Assembly: GCA_963745075.1 (NCBI GenBank)
Contig: CAVUWV010000024.1
Coordinates: forward strand, 192,001-256,000
DNA: 64,000 nt
Direction of reading: 5' to 3'
Source of the DNA: Candidatus Hydrogenedentota bacterium
Lineage (GTDB): Bacteria > Hydrogenedentota > Hydrogenedentia > Hydrogenedentales > SLHB01
Under the pieces are notes generated by a model that was given only the letters and a program-made list of their open reading frames with translations, did not search any database and was not told where the DNA came from. This document shows positions 31,543-41,956 of this stretch, in pieces (the first letter of the stretch is position 1; the number at the start of each line of letters is the position of its first letter). The translations under genes and the position numbers were made by a program.

Positions 31543-32700
31543 ATGATTACACGAAAACAAGGTTTTACACTGATCGAACTCCTCGTTGTGATCACCATCA
31601 TCGGTATTCTCGCGGCGATTTTGTTGCCCGCGCTGGCCCGCGCCCGCGAGGCCGCCCGCCGCGCAAGCTGCCAAAATAATCTGAAACAGATGGGCATCAT
31701 CTACAAAATGTACGCTAACGAAGCCAACGGCTCCTTCCCACCTATGCAAGGTCCAGACTTCTACTTCACAGACGAGGATGGAATTGATCCTACAGGTGAT
31801 GCCAATTATGACGGATGTAACTATCAAAACGGTGTCGACATAGCGCCGCTCTCGCAAACCATTTACCCGGAGTATCTGACAGACTGGAATGTGTTCCGAT
31901 GCCCGTCCGACCCAGACTCCGCCGAATCAGTCGAAGACCATCTGGAGATCGTCGCCCAGGTTAGTAATAACGGCACTCGCTGCATAGGAGCAGGTCAAGC
32001 GAGCGGTCACTCTGACAGCTATCAGTACCTGGGCTGGGTCATCGACGGCGGCGATGGTGACGATCCTTACCAGGTCGTTCCGGCAGCACTAACGGGTTTC
32101 GGTCATGGCTTTCATATTCCGTATCACGTTCTGGGGGCTTTTACGTTGCTCTATCTGGGTCCGCTCGGTGATGGCAGCTATGGAAGTGACAACCGAATTG
32201 GAGTTCCCGGCAGGTGTTGGGACAGCGACGCGAAACCTCATGGACTCCACCCTCGATCTCGGAGACATCGGCTTTGGGGGCATCGGAAACAGTCACAGTG
32301 ATAGTGTCTACCGGCTGCGGGAAGAAATCGAACGCTTCATGATTACGGACATCAATAACCCTGCCGGTAGTGCCATGGCGCAGTCAGAGATCGTGGTGAT
32401 GTGGGACCAGATAAGCAAAACTCCTGGCGACGACACAAGTACGACCATGAATCACATCCCAGGAGGCTGTAATGTGTTGTATAGGATGGTCACGTCAAGT
32501 TTGTGAAATACTCGCCTGCCGGCGAGTTCCCCGTCAATCAAGCGTGGGGCGATGTCGTATCGGGCGTCCAGAACGGCGTATTTTTCCGCGTTGCTTCCCT
32601 AGTCGCCATTGACGGCTTGCATCAATACACCATGGAACCACCACTCGAGGCTCTCGCTTCAGGTGGTGGTTCCCGTTGTTCTTCTAAACGGTTCGGGTGA
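31543..32700 (+). CDS. DUF1559 prepilin-type N-terminal methylation / H-X9-DG protein (at least two frameshifts; 3' end uncertain)
   Basis: [42 protein letters not shown] then DGHVKF in a shifted frame. Confidence 0.85.
32634..32673. terminator. Hairpin after the DUF1559 gene
   Basis: GGAACCACCAC / GTGGTGGTTCC perfect 11-bp stem between convergent genes. Confidence 0.5.
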
Positions 32701-32755
32701 TGTCCGTCGGCGGCTCGATAGATGCTCCCCGTTAATCGATCGCCACGTTGGTTAG

Positions 32756-33103
32756 TCATGAGCCCCGATCCTCTTTCGGCCTAACCTTCCAGCGCCACTT
32801 GTATTTGAAGAAGACCGATGCCTTGTCGAGATCGGCATCGACATCCGCGCTCAGGCCCTTTTGTCTTCCGATATTCAAGGTGGGCTTCCCCTCGTCATCC
32901 ATCTGAATCGCCGCCCGCGTGGCGTCTTTTCGGCCCGCGAGCACCCACTCGCCGTTGTCCATTCGTTTTTCACGAGCCGTCAGTTCCCACTCGTGCTGCT
33001 GGTGTTGAGACCATGCCTTCGAGAAGGGCTGGTCACGGGGGAGCTGCGTTACGCAACCCAGTGACGGAAGCAGAAAGAGCAAAACTAAGACGGCAAATCG
33101 CAT
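32756..33103 (-). CDS. Hypothetical lipoprotein
   Basis: Lipobox SLGC. Confidence 0.6.
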   Translation of the reverse strand: MRFAVLVLLFLLPSLGCVTQLPRDQPFSKAWSQHQQHEWELTAREKRMDNGEWVLAGRKDATRAAIQMDDEGKPTLNIGRQKGLSADVDADLDKASVFFKYKWRWKVRPKEDRGS

Positions 33104-33193
33104 GATGACCGATCTTCGGGATTTCGTCCGCGTTGCATATCGCCTACCGGATCACATTATACTCCCAGCCTGTTCTCCAAGGGGGCGAAGCCG

Positions 33194-34942
33194 GTGAATC
33201 TCAATCCCATCGATGCGGCGATAGTCGTCGCGTACCTGATACTCGTGCTAGCCATTGGCGCGTACATGGAACGGCGCGCCAAGAAGGATATGGAGTCCTA
33301 TTTCCTCGGCAGTGGCAGCATGCCATGGTGGCTGCTGGGCATGAGCGGCAGCAGCACCTTCTTCGACATCACCGGCACGATGTGGATGGTGTCGGTTTTT
33401 TACGTGCTCGGCATGCGGGGGATGTGGGAGCACGCCTTCTGGTGCTTTCCCTTCGCGGGATTCGTCCTCGCGTACAAGGCGAAATGGGCCTATCGCAGCG
33501 GCGTGTTAACCGGCATGGAGTGGCTGGTGTTCCGCTACGGCACCGGGCGGGCCGGCCAAGCGGCGCGTCTCGTCAGTGTGACTATCCAGTTGATTACGTT
33601 AGTCCTCATGTTGGGCTACGCCGGCACGGGGGTCGGCAAATTCGTCGCCGAGTTTCTGCCGTGGGACCGTTCGGTGATTATTCCAATTCTGTTCGGATTC
33701 ACCGGACTCTACGTCATCCTGGGGGGATTCTTTAGCGTCGTCTACAGCGATTTTATTCAGACAATACTGCTTTCGTTCGCCGCCCTTTACATTGCCGTCG
33801 TGGCATTCCTCGGCATCGAACCCCACGCCTTTCGCGAGACGGTCGGCTCCGACTGGTTCAGCCTGTTGCCGGTGATGCGCCTGCCCAAACCGTCCGCGGA
33901 CTATCCCGACCTCTTCGGACTGCTGGTCGTGTTGTGGGTCAGCAAGGGGTTGATCGGCTTGCTGTCCGCCGCTGGGGGGAGTATGGATTTCCAGCGATTC
34001 CGCGCGGCGCGAAATGAGGCGGAGGCCAGCAAGATCGGCCTCGCCTGGGGTCTCGTCATCAGCGTGCGTTGGGGGATGGTGATGGGGTTCACCGCCTTCG
34101 GTCTTTCGATTCTCGCGGCCCAGGGCAACGTGGTCGACAGCGAAAGTGTGCTTCCCATGATGATAAACCGGGTGTTGCCGGTTGGAATAAAGGGGGTCAT
34201 TATTGCCGGACTGCTGGCCGCATTCATGTCCACCTTCGATTCGACGCTCAACGTGGCCGCGTCCTTCATCGTCAATGACCTCGTCAAACCCACCTGGAAG
34301 ACCGCAAGCCCTCGAACCCTCGTGAGGACCGGATACGCTGCCACCGCCGGCGTGCTGGCCCTCGGCATTGTAATCAGCATGTATACCGAGAGCATCGCCA
34401 AGATATGGAATCCCATCAACTTCGCGCTGGGCGCGGCCTTGATCGGACCGGGGCTTCTGGGGGCCTACTGGTGGCGGCTCGGCGGTTGGGCGGTGGTCAT
34501 GAGCGGCGCCTGCACCTTACCCGCGGCATTCTACATCAAAGTCTTCACGGATTGGCGGGAGTTGCAGTACTTTCCCGTCTTGTTGGGTATCAGCGTGACC
34601 TCTACGCTCGTCGGCGCCTTTTTCTTTGCGCCCGCGCCCGAAGAGGCCCTGAAAGATTTCTACCGGAAAGTACGTCCCTTCGGATTATGGGGCCCCGTTC
34701 GCAGGATGTTGGAAGCAGACGGCGAAGACTCCCGGCGGCCCGAATCCGACCGGTATGACATCCCCGTGGCCATTGTTGGCACCGCCTTCTTCATCGTGTT
34801 GTACATCCTCGTGATGGACGTGGTGCTCCACAACTGGGCGCGCGCGGGGATTCTTGCCGCCTGTACCGGCGGGGGCGCTGTCCTTTTGTACCGGCTTTGG
34901 TGGCGGCGACTTCCGCTCGCTGATTCGGAGGACTCTCCCTAA
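33194..34942 (+). CDS. Sodium:solute symporter (SSS) family transporter
   Basis: YFLG...PWW, many TM helices, AGLLAAFMSTFDSTLN. Confidence 0.9.
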   Translation: MNLNPIDAAIVVAYLILVLAIGAYMERRAKKDMESYFLGSGSMPWWLLGMSGSSTFFDITGTMWMVSVFYVLGMRGMWEHAFWCFPFAGFVLAYKAKWAYRSGVLTGMEWLVFRYGTGRAGQAARLVSVTIQLITLVLMLGYAGTGVGKFVAEFLPWDRSVIIPILFGFTGLYVILGGFFSVVYSDFIQTILLSFAALYIAVVAFLGIEPHAFRETVGSDWFSLLPVMRLPKPSADYPDLFGLLVVLWVSKGLIGLLSAAGGSMDFQRFRAARNEAEASKIGLAWGLVISVRWGMVMGFTAFGLSILAAQGNVVDSESVLPMMINRVLPVGIKGVIIAGLLAAFMSTFDSTLNVAASFIVNDLVKPTWKTASPRTLVRTGYAATAGVLALGIVISMYTESIAKIWNPINFALGAALIGPGLLGAYWWRLGGWAVVMSGACTLPAAFYIKVFTDWRELQYFPVLLGISVTSTLVGAFFFAPAPEEALKDFYRKVRPFGLWGPVRRMLEADGEDSRRPESDRYDIPVAIVGTAFFIVLYILVMDVVLHNWARAGILAACTGGGAVLLYRLWWRRLPLADSEDSP

Positions 34943-36429
34943 CCGTCCGGCTTCCACCGATACGTCGCGACTGCTTTCGCCGGAACGGCGGCCTGCAACA
35001 TCTCATCTTCCCACCGCACGCGCAGTTTCTGCTCTTCGTCGGACGGATTCGCGACCACCAGCACGTAGCTTCCGTCGGTATTGCGGAACGCCACGTGGGC
35101 AAGGCCCGCACTGGATTCGCCTGAATCGATTCGGACCGCACCGGGGCGGATGAACTTCATGAACTGGCCGTACACGAAGTAGTCGAGGTTATACGTGACC
35201 GCCCGGCTCTCGGTATCAATCGTGATACAAGTCCTGTCGGCATCGAACGGCCCGTTGTTGGGTTCCCCGTTCTCGTCCGCGATGGTTACCCACGCGTTAT
35301 ACGAGCGGGCCCAATTGCGAAGAAACCCGATTATGGCGACCGCGCCGTCTACGCCATACATGGACCCCTCGGACAGATATACATCCTTGTCCGGAAACTC
35401 ATCGTGAAAGGCTCCCATATCGGATGGCTTGCCCGCATAGGGATGAAACGCCGTGGCGCTGACGTACTGCGCCGCGCCCGGATCGCTCAAAATGTTTCGG
35501 GGATACCAGAGATTGTTCAGGTTGTGATCGAAACACCAGATCTCGGTGTCGATCCCCGCGTCGCGAATGGCTGGACCGAGATGGTCGCGAATAAAATCGC
35601 GCTCGGCGTGCCCCATGATTTCGAGCGGCACCGGCCACCAGGTGTCCTCATCCACCACGAGCGACCACTGGCACGACGGGTACCACCAGCTCAAGACATC
35701 GTCCCGCTTGTTAACGCCCGGCTCGTTTTGCACGGTAACCGCGTAGATGGGGATGCCCTCGGCCCGGTAGGCCTCGATGAACTTGACGAAGTACTGCGCA
35801 TAGACCCCGTAGTACCGGGGATATAAATGACCGCCAATCATGTCGCCGCAGGTCTTCATCCATCCCGGCGGGCTCCACGGGGACGCGTAGAAGCGGAGGT
35901 CCGGGTTTTTCTCCAGCGCAAGTTTCAGAATGGGGATGATGTAGGCCCGGTCCTTCTCGATCGAGAAATGGTCGAGATTCATATCCGTTTCGCCGGGCGG
36001 CATGTCGTCGTAGGTGTACCATGGCTCGCCCGTAAAATCCGGCGTGCCGATGCAGATGCGCATGGTGCTCATCCCGATGCCCTGGTCCGGAGAAACGAGC
36101 TTTTCCACTACGGCCTCGCGCGCTTCCGGGCCGAGACGCCACAGGTTCGCGCAGGTTGTGTGTTCCAGAGACGAGCCCATGCCAAGCATGGTCTGATACG
36201 TGCTTGATTCATCAATTGCCAGATCCGCGTCGCCGCGCCCCGCCGAAAACCGGAGCGACTTCTGCGGGGAAAGCGTCTGCTGCATATCCGAAGTCGTGAG
36301 CCAGCATTCGACAACGGTATCGGCTGACGCCGACGCGCCGCAGACCAATACCGATACGAGAAGCACGATACCCGCAAACGGAAATCCACCGGTGAAGGTC
36401 ATAGTGCACGGGTCCTCTTCGTATTCCAA
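34939..36429 (-). CDS. GH30 glycoside hydrolase (glucosylceramidase-like)
   Basis: ASPWSPPGWMK, TVQNEP acid/base, FDHN, H.YAG, YLSEG nucleophile region. Confidence 0.9.
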   Translation of the reverse strand: MEYEEDPCTMTFTGGFPFAGIVLLVSVLVCGASASADTVVECWLTTSDMQQTLSPQKSLRFSAGRGDADLAIDESSTYQTMLGMGSSLEHTTCANLWRLGPEAREAVVEKLVSPDQGIGMSTMRICIGTPDFTGEPWYTYDDMPPGETDMNLDHFSIEKDRAYIIPILKLALEKNPDLRFYASPWSPPGWMKTCGDMIGGHLYPRYYGVYAQYFVKFIEAYRAEGIPIYAVTVQNEPGVNKRDDVLSWWYPSCQWSLVVDEDTWWPVPLEIMGHAERDFIRDHLGPAIRDAGIDTEIWCFDHNLNNLWYPRNILSDPGAAQYVSATAFHPYAGKPSDMGAFHDEFPDKDVYLSEGSMYGVDGAVAIIGFLRNWARSYNAWVTIADENGEPNNGPFDADRTCITIDTESRAVTYNLDYFVYGQFMKFIRPGAVRIDSGESSAGLAHVAFRNTDGSYVLVVANPSDEEQKLRVRWEDEMLQAAVPAKAVATYRWKPDG

Positions 36430-36453
36430 TCGCTGCGGAAACGTCTTGGAGGA

Positions 36454-37458
36454 TTACTTGGATTGATCAACGAGCCAAACGTTCCGGTACTGCACGAAGT
36501 TATGGTGCGCCTGCAACTTCACATGACCCGGTTCACTGGGTGGCGGCATCAGACGGTCCACTTCTTTCCAGCCCGTTCGCCACGTGAGTTCCTGGTTGCT
36601 ATGGATGATCACACCGTTCTGGTAGACCGTCATCCGGCCGTACTCTTGCAGGTTGCCCGCGGCATCGTAGCGAGCGGCCCGGTAGTAAATGTCGTAGGTC
36701 TGCCACTGGAGCGGCGGGCGGCAGGCGTTCACGCGCGGCGCCGAAAGTTTATACAGCGCGCCGCATTCGTCGTAGACCCCCTCCAGTCCAAAGGAATCCA
36801 ACACTTGGACTTCGTACTCGTCCTGCAGGAACACGCCACTGTTCCCACGCCCCTGGCCGCGCGACATGGGCATGAGCGGCAATCGGAATTCCACGTGCAA
36901 CTGGAGGTCCGTGTAGGTCTCCTTGCTCACCAGATAATCGCCGTCCGGCGTGACCAACAGCGTGCCGTCATCCAGAATCTTCCAGCCCTCGGTACCGGTC
37001 CACGCGTCGAGATTCGTGCCGTCGTACAGAACCACCGCGCCTTCCGGCGGCTTGATCCCGAGCGTGGGGGAGGAAATGACCTTCTTCTTCATGGAATACG
37101 TTAACTCGCCCCGCTTTCCGGTGAATGTCGTGCCGTCCGTACTCCCGGTGAACCCGTCCACGTCGAATTCCAGCTTTCCATGCTTGGGCTGAACCTCGAC
37201 ATCCAGCAAAACGGGGCAGCGCATGTCCAGCCGATTCACAATCTTGATGCGATATGTATCGTTACCCAGCGGATACACCTGCGCGGCAGCATCCGGGTTA
37301 ACTTCCTCCTTCTCGGACCACCGCCCCACGTAGTTCCCCAGAAAGGGGTCCCCTTTGGTGGGAAACACATCCTGCATCGTGACGTCCGCCAGTGCCGGCG
37401 CCACCCCGATAATCACAAGTCCCAAGATGACCGTTGTCCGCATAAATATCCGTGTCAT
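36454..37458 (-). CDS. Secreted DUF1080 (3-keto-disaccharide hydrolase) domain protein
   Basis: LHVEFR, RGNSGVFLQ.YEVQVLDS, WQTYDI, LQAH..VQYRNVW. Confidence 0.85.
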   Translation of the reverse strand: MTRIFMRTTVILGLVIIGVAPALADVTMQDVFPTKGDPFLGNYVGRWSEKEEVNPDAAAQVYPLGNDTYRIKIVNRLDMRCPVLLDVEVQPKHGKLEFDVDGFTGSTDGTTFTGKRGELTYSMKKKVISSPTLGIKPPEGAVVLYDGTNLDAWTGTEGWKILDDGTLLVTPDGDYLVSKETYTDLQLHVEFRLPLMPMSRGQGRGNSGVFLQDEYEVQVLDSFGLEGVYDECGALYKLSAPRVNACRPPLQWQTYDIYYRAARYDAAGNLQEYGRMTVYQNGVIIHSNQELTWRTGWKEVDRLMPPPSEPGHVKLQAHHNFVQYRNVWLVDQSK

Positions 37459-37555
37459 GCCACTTTCCTCCGTTGAGTCAGTAAGGTCCTTAGCGTTGCA
37501 CATGCCGCGGGGCGATTCAATGTTGCGGATAGGCGAACTTTCAGCGTCCCGCGTC

Positions 37556-39100
37556 TCACACGGCGTGATGGTTGGGGCCGTACCGGATGGAATCATTCTG
37601 CACGGCAAGATCGCCATCGACGATCCAGGGTTCGCCACGAACGGAAAGGTGGGCGACCATACGTTCCCGCCATTCGACAAGCTGCCGAGCGTGTTTGGCG
37701 AGGGGCGCGAGGTCTTCGAGTTCGTGTGGATCACGCTTGAGGTCGAACAGTTGCTGCTGGCCGGTCGTCGTGAAATAGAGGTATTTGTAACGTCCGTCCG
37801 TGAGCGCAACCCAGGCATTCTCATGCCAGTAGCAGCGGCCATGCTCGAGGTCCAGGACCTCGCGCCAGTGTCTTGTTTTGCCGCGTACGATATCGAGCAT
37901 GCTTGACCCTTCCATAGGAGCGGGTTTCTCAATCCCCGCCGCGTCCAGGAATGTCGGCAGCACGTCGCGCAACTCGACCAAATGGTCGGACTCGATGCCG
38001 CGTTTCTTCCCGGCAAACTCCCGCATCGATTCCGGCCAGCGCACGATCATCGGAATCCGTGCCGAGCCATCGTAGGCGTAGGTCTTCCGCCACAGATGTT
38101 GGTCGCCCATCATGTCACCGTGGTCGGCCGTGAACAGAATTAGCGTGTTCTCCAATTCGCCGCGTCGCTCCAAGGCGCTAAGCACGCGTCCCAGTTGCTC
38201 GTCCACGAAGGAGATGGCTGCGTAGTAGGCCGCGCGCGAAGCGTGGATATCCGATTCCGGGTAATTCCCCCGAGGCGCGTTTGGGGTGTCTTCAACGCTT
38301 CCGATAAAGCCGCCGTAGAGTTTTTCCGCCCAGTCTCCAACGTGTGCGCGCGGCAAATCCATTTCCTGGTAGTGGTCCATGAACCGCTTCGGCGGGTCGA
38401 ACGGAGGATGGGGCCGTTGAAACGACACCTTCAAGAACCACGGCCGGTCGCCGTCGTAGGTGTTCAGAAAGTCGATGGCCCGTTCCGCCGTCCAGTACGT
38501 CGGATGCAGCGCGTCGTCGTAGGGATAGGTGCGTCCGCCCCGGTGGTCCGTGTACCCGAGCCCGGTAATATCAACATCCTTATCGGGATAGTTCGCCTCG
38601 AACCACCGGCGGTAGTCGCATTTGAACTTCTCGGGCGTAACCGCGCGCCACCCTTCTTCGAGAATGATGGATTCATAGCCGTGGTCGTGACTGGCGAAGT
38701 GCATCTTCCCGACGGCGTGCGTCCGGTATCCGGCCACCGTGAACATGCGGGGCTTTTCGTGCGTGTAGCGCGTCGCCATGGGCGCGTAACACAGGACCCC
38801 GTGCCCCCAGGGACTCATCCCCGTGAGCAGGCTCGCCCTCGCCGGCAAACACGATGGAAGCGAGGTGTACGCTCGACGGAATCGGATTCCCTCCCGGGCC
38901 AGGCGATCGATGTTCGGCGTGGTTATCCAATCGGCTCCGTCGCAGCCGAGACAGTCCCCCCGATGTTGGTCATCCATCAGGAAAAGAACGTTGACCCGTC
39001 GGGAGGGGTCGGCGTCCTCGGCTGCGGTGCTCAGGGACGGCAGCCCCGCTGCGCCCAAACCGGACATGGCCGCCGCCCGGATAAACTCCCGTCGTTTCAT
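37556..39100 (-). CDS. Tat-exported Cys-type arylsulfatase
   Basis: KRREFI twin-arginine; SCLPARASLLTG; GKMH; ADHG. Confidence 0.9.
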   Translation of the reverse strand: MKRREFIRAAAMSGLGAAGLPSLSTAAEDADPSRRVNVLFLMDDQHRGDCLGCDGADWITTPNIDRLAREGIRFRRAYTSLPSCLPARASLLTGMSPWGHGVLCYAPMATRYTHEKPRMFTVAGYRTHAVGKMHFASHDHGYESIILEEGWRAVTPEKFKCDYRRWFEANYPDKDVDITGLGYTDHRGGRTYPYDDALHPTYWTAERAIDFLNTYDGDRPWFLKVSFQRPHPPFDPPKRFMDHYQEMDLPRAHVGDWAEKLYGGFIGSVEDTPNAPRGNYPESDIHASRAAYYAAISFVDEQLGRVLSALERRGELENTLILFTADHGDMMGDQHLWRKTYAYDGSARIPMIVRWPESMREFAGKKRGIESDHLVELRDVLPTFLDAAGIEKPAPMEGSSMLDIVRGKTRHWREVLDLEHGRCYWHENAWVALTDGRYKYLYFTTTGQQQLFDLKRDPHELEDLAPLAKHARQLVEWRERMVAHLSVRGEPWIVDGDLAVQNDSIRYGPNHHAV

Positions 39101-39398
39101 GGCTATCGTCCTCGATGGTTCTTCGTTCGTTTTTCGCACATTCCACTGTAACCATCCCCGAGGTGGGATTGCGAACCCGGACCGGGCCCCCGTGGGCCGG
39201 CATTGGGACCGCCTGGGCCGTTCTCGTGGACGCAGAAACGGATGCTGGTAATGCCCTACCCAAGTCTGCTACTGTCAGTATCGGAACGAGGGGTTTGGCA
39301 AGGGGATCTTTCCCGCAAATGTGTGCTCGCTATCCGTCGATAGCGGGAGTCAGCCCGCTCGTAAGGTTACAATGTGAGTAAAAGAAGGAGAGGAAGTC

Positions 39399-39599
39399 GT
39401 GGCCACAGGTACCGTCAAATTTTTCAACGATCAGAAGGGCTATGGTTTCATCACGCCGGATGAAGGGGGTGGAGATCTATTTATCCACGTCTCGAACATT
39501 CAACCCCCGGCTGCGACCTTGAGTGATGGGCAAAAGGTGGAGTACGAAGTCGGTCAGGGACGAAAAGGGCCCGAGGCGCAAAACGTACGCCCCCTGTAA
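39399..39599 (+). CDS. Cold-shock protein
   Basis: GTVKFFN..KGYGFI, LFIHVS RNP motifs; GGAGAGG RBS. Confidence 0.95.
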   Translation: MATGTVKFFNDQKGYGFITPDEGGGDLFIHVSNIQPPAATLSDGQKVEYEVGQGRKGPEAQNVRPL

Positions 39600-39970
39600 G
39601 TAGCGATACCGGAGAGACTGCGGTAACGTTTCGAGTTTCGAAAACTCTTCGGCGTTGAATCGTTGCCCAGCTTAGAGCACTGAATCTCGGATTACTGGTG
39701 AGGCGCGTCTGAACTCGCTTTTACTTCACGTGCCTCGACGGCGACTTGCTCGCAGAGTGCGATCCATTCCTTATCGGTCATATGATCGTATGATGTGGAT
39801 TGGAGCGCATCGCTGCAAAGTTGCTGTTCGGCATCGCGCGAGTATTGCGAGTCGCGGGCGATTCCAACGTGTTGTTTGGAATTAATCATGCAACACTTTA
39901 GCACACGGCCGATGGAAAAGTCCCGCCTCGATTTGAAAAGCGCGATACGTCGCGAGAAAGGGAAGATGTC

Positions 39971-40123
39971 TTGGCAAGACGAAACTACCAATTTGAAAAA
40001 CGTCAAAAAGAAATCGCCAAGCAGAAAAAGCGTGAAGAAAAACTGCGCAAAAAACGTGAAAAGGACAACCCTTCCGCCGAGGACGAGGCTGAACGCTCCG
40101 CAGAAGAAGAATCGTCTGACTAA
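39971..40123 (+). CDS. 50-aa basic/acidic small protein (below the ORF-track cutoff)
   Basis: TTG start after GAAAGGGA; MARRNYQFEKRQKEIAKQKKREEKLRKKREKDNPSAEDEAERSAEEESSD. Confidence 0.65.
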   Translation: MARRNYQFEKRQKEIAKQKKREEKLRKKREKDNPSAEDEAERSAEEESSD

Positions 40124-40392
40124 CCACTTCCGGCCGATTTGACGTTCCAACCGGCCTCCATATTCCCGCTCCTAAGTTCGCCCGTTGACGCGATTCCTCG
40201 CGATCGGTTAGCATCACGCCCTCAACCATGCCCAGGGCGTGGCAATTCCTCTGGGGAGCACTTCTCACCGCACCCAGAGTGATGGGTCCGCAAGACAATC
40301 GCTCTTGGGCGGTGCGAAATGCGGACTACAGCGGGCGTCCGATTCGGTGTCGTCGTACGAAATCGCATCGCGCCGCTCAACCGGGGGACAGT

Positions 40393-40941
40393 ATGAAGAC
40401 CGTATGTGCGTGGTGTAAGACGGTATTGGGCGATGAGTGTCAAGGCGACGCCCACCCGGTCACCCACGGGATCTGCTTGCAGTGCGCGCAACAGTTCTTT
40501 TCGGAAGTGGGGGAACCCCTTCGCGAATTTCTCGACCAACTGGGGGTACCGGTGCTCGTGGTCGACGAAGACCCCGTCGTGCAAACCGCCAATTCCCAAG
40601 CCCGTGAGTTACTGGGGAAGGACTTGCACGAGATTGAACAGCACCGACCCGGCCAGGCAATCGATTGTATTCACGCCTCAAACCCCGGCGGTTGCGGTCG
40701 CCAGGTGCACTGTCAAAGCTGTACGATACGCCAGTTGGTACTGGAAACTTACGCGACGGGCGAGGGGTTTACACGAGTCCCCGTATTTCCGGATCTTCAG
40801 TCCGGCGCGGGCATCCGCAAAACGCGTGTCGAAATCTCCACCGAAAAGGCGGGAAACATCGTCCTCTTGCGGTTGCATGAAATCCGGGAAGCGGACACAT
40901 CCACGGCGCCGTTCCACGCCCCCGCAGCCGACCCGCGTTGA
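40393..40941 (+). CDS. Cys-rich zinc-ribbon plus PAS-like protein
   Basis: CAWC..THGICLQC; LGVPVLVVD..ANSQA..LLG PAS-like; CIH..GCG..CQSC. Confidence 0.7.
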   Translation: MKTVCAWCKTVLGDECQGDAHPVTHGICLQCAQQFFSEVGEPLREFLDQLGVPVLVVDEDPVVQTANSQARELLGKDLHEIEQHRPGQAIDCIHASNPGGCGRQVHCQSCTIRQLVLETYATGEGFTRVPVFPDLQSGAGIRKTRVEISTEKAGNIVLLRLHEIREADTSTAPFHAPAADPR

Positions 40942-41030
40942 CCTGACAACTCCTTGTGATTGGTGGTGTCCTCGGCTATTGTACGACGCCGTTTTGACGA
41001 AGCGTGACTTCGCACCGTGAGGAGGCCAAG

Positions 41031-41840
41031 ATGCGGCATTTACATGCCAGTGCGCTTATTGTATTGACCTTGTGTTCCCTGCGATCGTTGGCGGCCGGTC
41101 CCGCGGCGAAACAGGCGCAGCAGGTTCCCCACTGGCGCGAGCCCGCGCGCGTCGCGCTGGAGCTTCGCGGTGGAAAATCCAACAACGTCGCGAATTGGGA
41201 GATCCATCTCGCCAAACACGGGGACTTCCTCCTCGACGTTGCTGAACCCTCAGAAGCCGGCTCGCCGAAAGGGCAGATCCTCGTCCTCGGCGGCCAGGTC
41301 ATGGCGGTCCATGGGCTCGAATTGGAAAAGGGCTATGAAATCGATGCCCTTGATATGCCAGCCTTTCACTTTCAATTGCTCTATAGTCTGCTCGAAGCAG
41401 TGTTTCCAGCGGGCCCCGAGAGCATTTCCGAGACCCGGGAAGTCGACCATTCGGAAAACGATGTTCCGATTACCGTCGGCACCGCAAGCGCCACGGGCGA
41501 ATTTGCGGCGCCGTGGTATGTCCTCGGCACGGTGTCGCGTAAAGATAAGCACACCATCGCCTACGACCTTTCCTTCACGTTCATGGTCGACCCGGAAACC
41601 GCGACCATGTTCAAGCTGCGACTACTGGGTATCTGGACCGACGGAACGGAGCCGCAAGATATCGGCGACGACTTCAATATCCAGGGATGGACCGTGTATT
41701 CGATCGGTCCGTTTCAGAGCGATACCGACCAGGGTTCCGTCATGGAATTCGGCGCCCAACCCACGGGCGAATCGTACCGGACGGCCGGCGAACTGCGCAC
41801 AACCCTCGGCGATATGCCAGACGACAAGCCGGACGAATAG
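41031..41840 (+). CDS. Hypothetical exported protein
   Basis: AGGAGG RBS, signal peptide. Confidence 0.65.
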   Translation: MRHLHASALIVLTLCSLRSLAAGPAAKQAQQVPHWREPARVALELRGGKSNNVANWEIHLAKHGDFLLDVAEPSEAGSPKGQILVLGGQVMAVHGLELEKGYEIDALDMPAFHFQLLYSLLEAVFPAGPESISETREVDHSENDVPITVGTASATGEFAAPWYVLGTVSRKDKHTIAYDLSFTFMVDPETATMFKLRLLGIWTDGTEPQDIGDDFNIQGWTVYSIGPFQSDTDQGSVMEFGAQPTGESYRTAGELRTTLGDMPDDKPDE

Positions 41841-41956
41841 CCGGGTTCTCTTCTCGACCGCTCCGCGCCTTCGCTGCCATGACCCTACTCCCGGAGATGA
41901 TCTCAACCATCTCGATCTTGTACGGTAGTCCCAACCATGCAGGGAGGGGCGGATTG

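Noticed and set aside
37459..38016. 186-aa N-terminal extension of the DUF1080 ORF
   Set aside because: Overlaps the sulfatase in another frame; a GAGGA RBS and signal peptide support the start at 37458.
39795..40150. ORF-track calls 39795-40142 (+) and 39692-40150 (-)
   Set aside because: The 39971-40123 frame has an RBS and a more protein-like sequence; these calls are its alternative frames.
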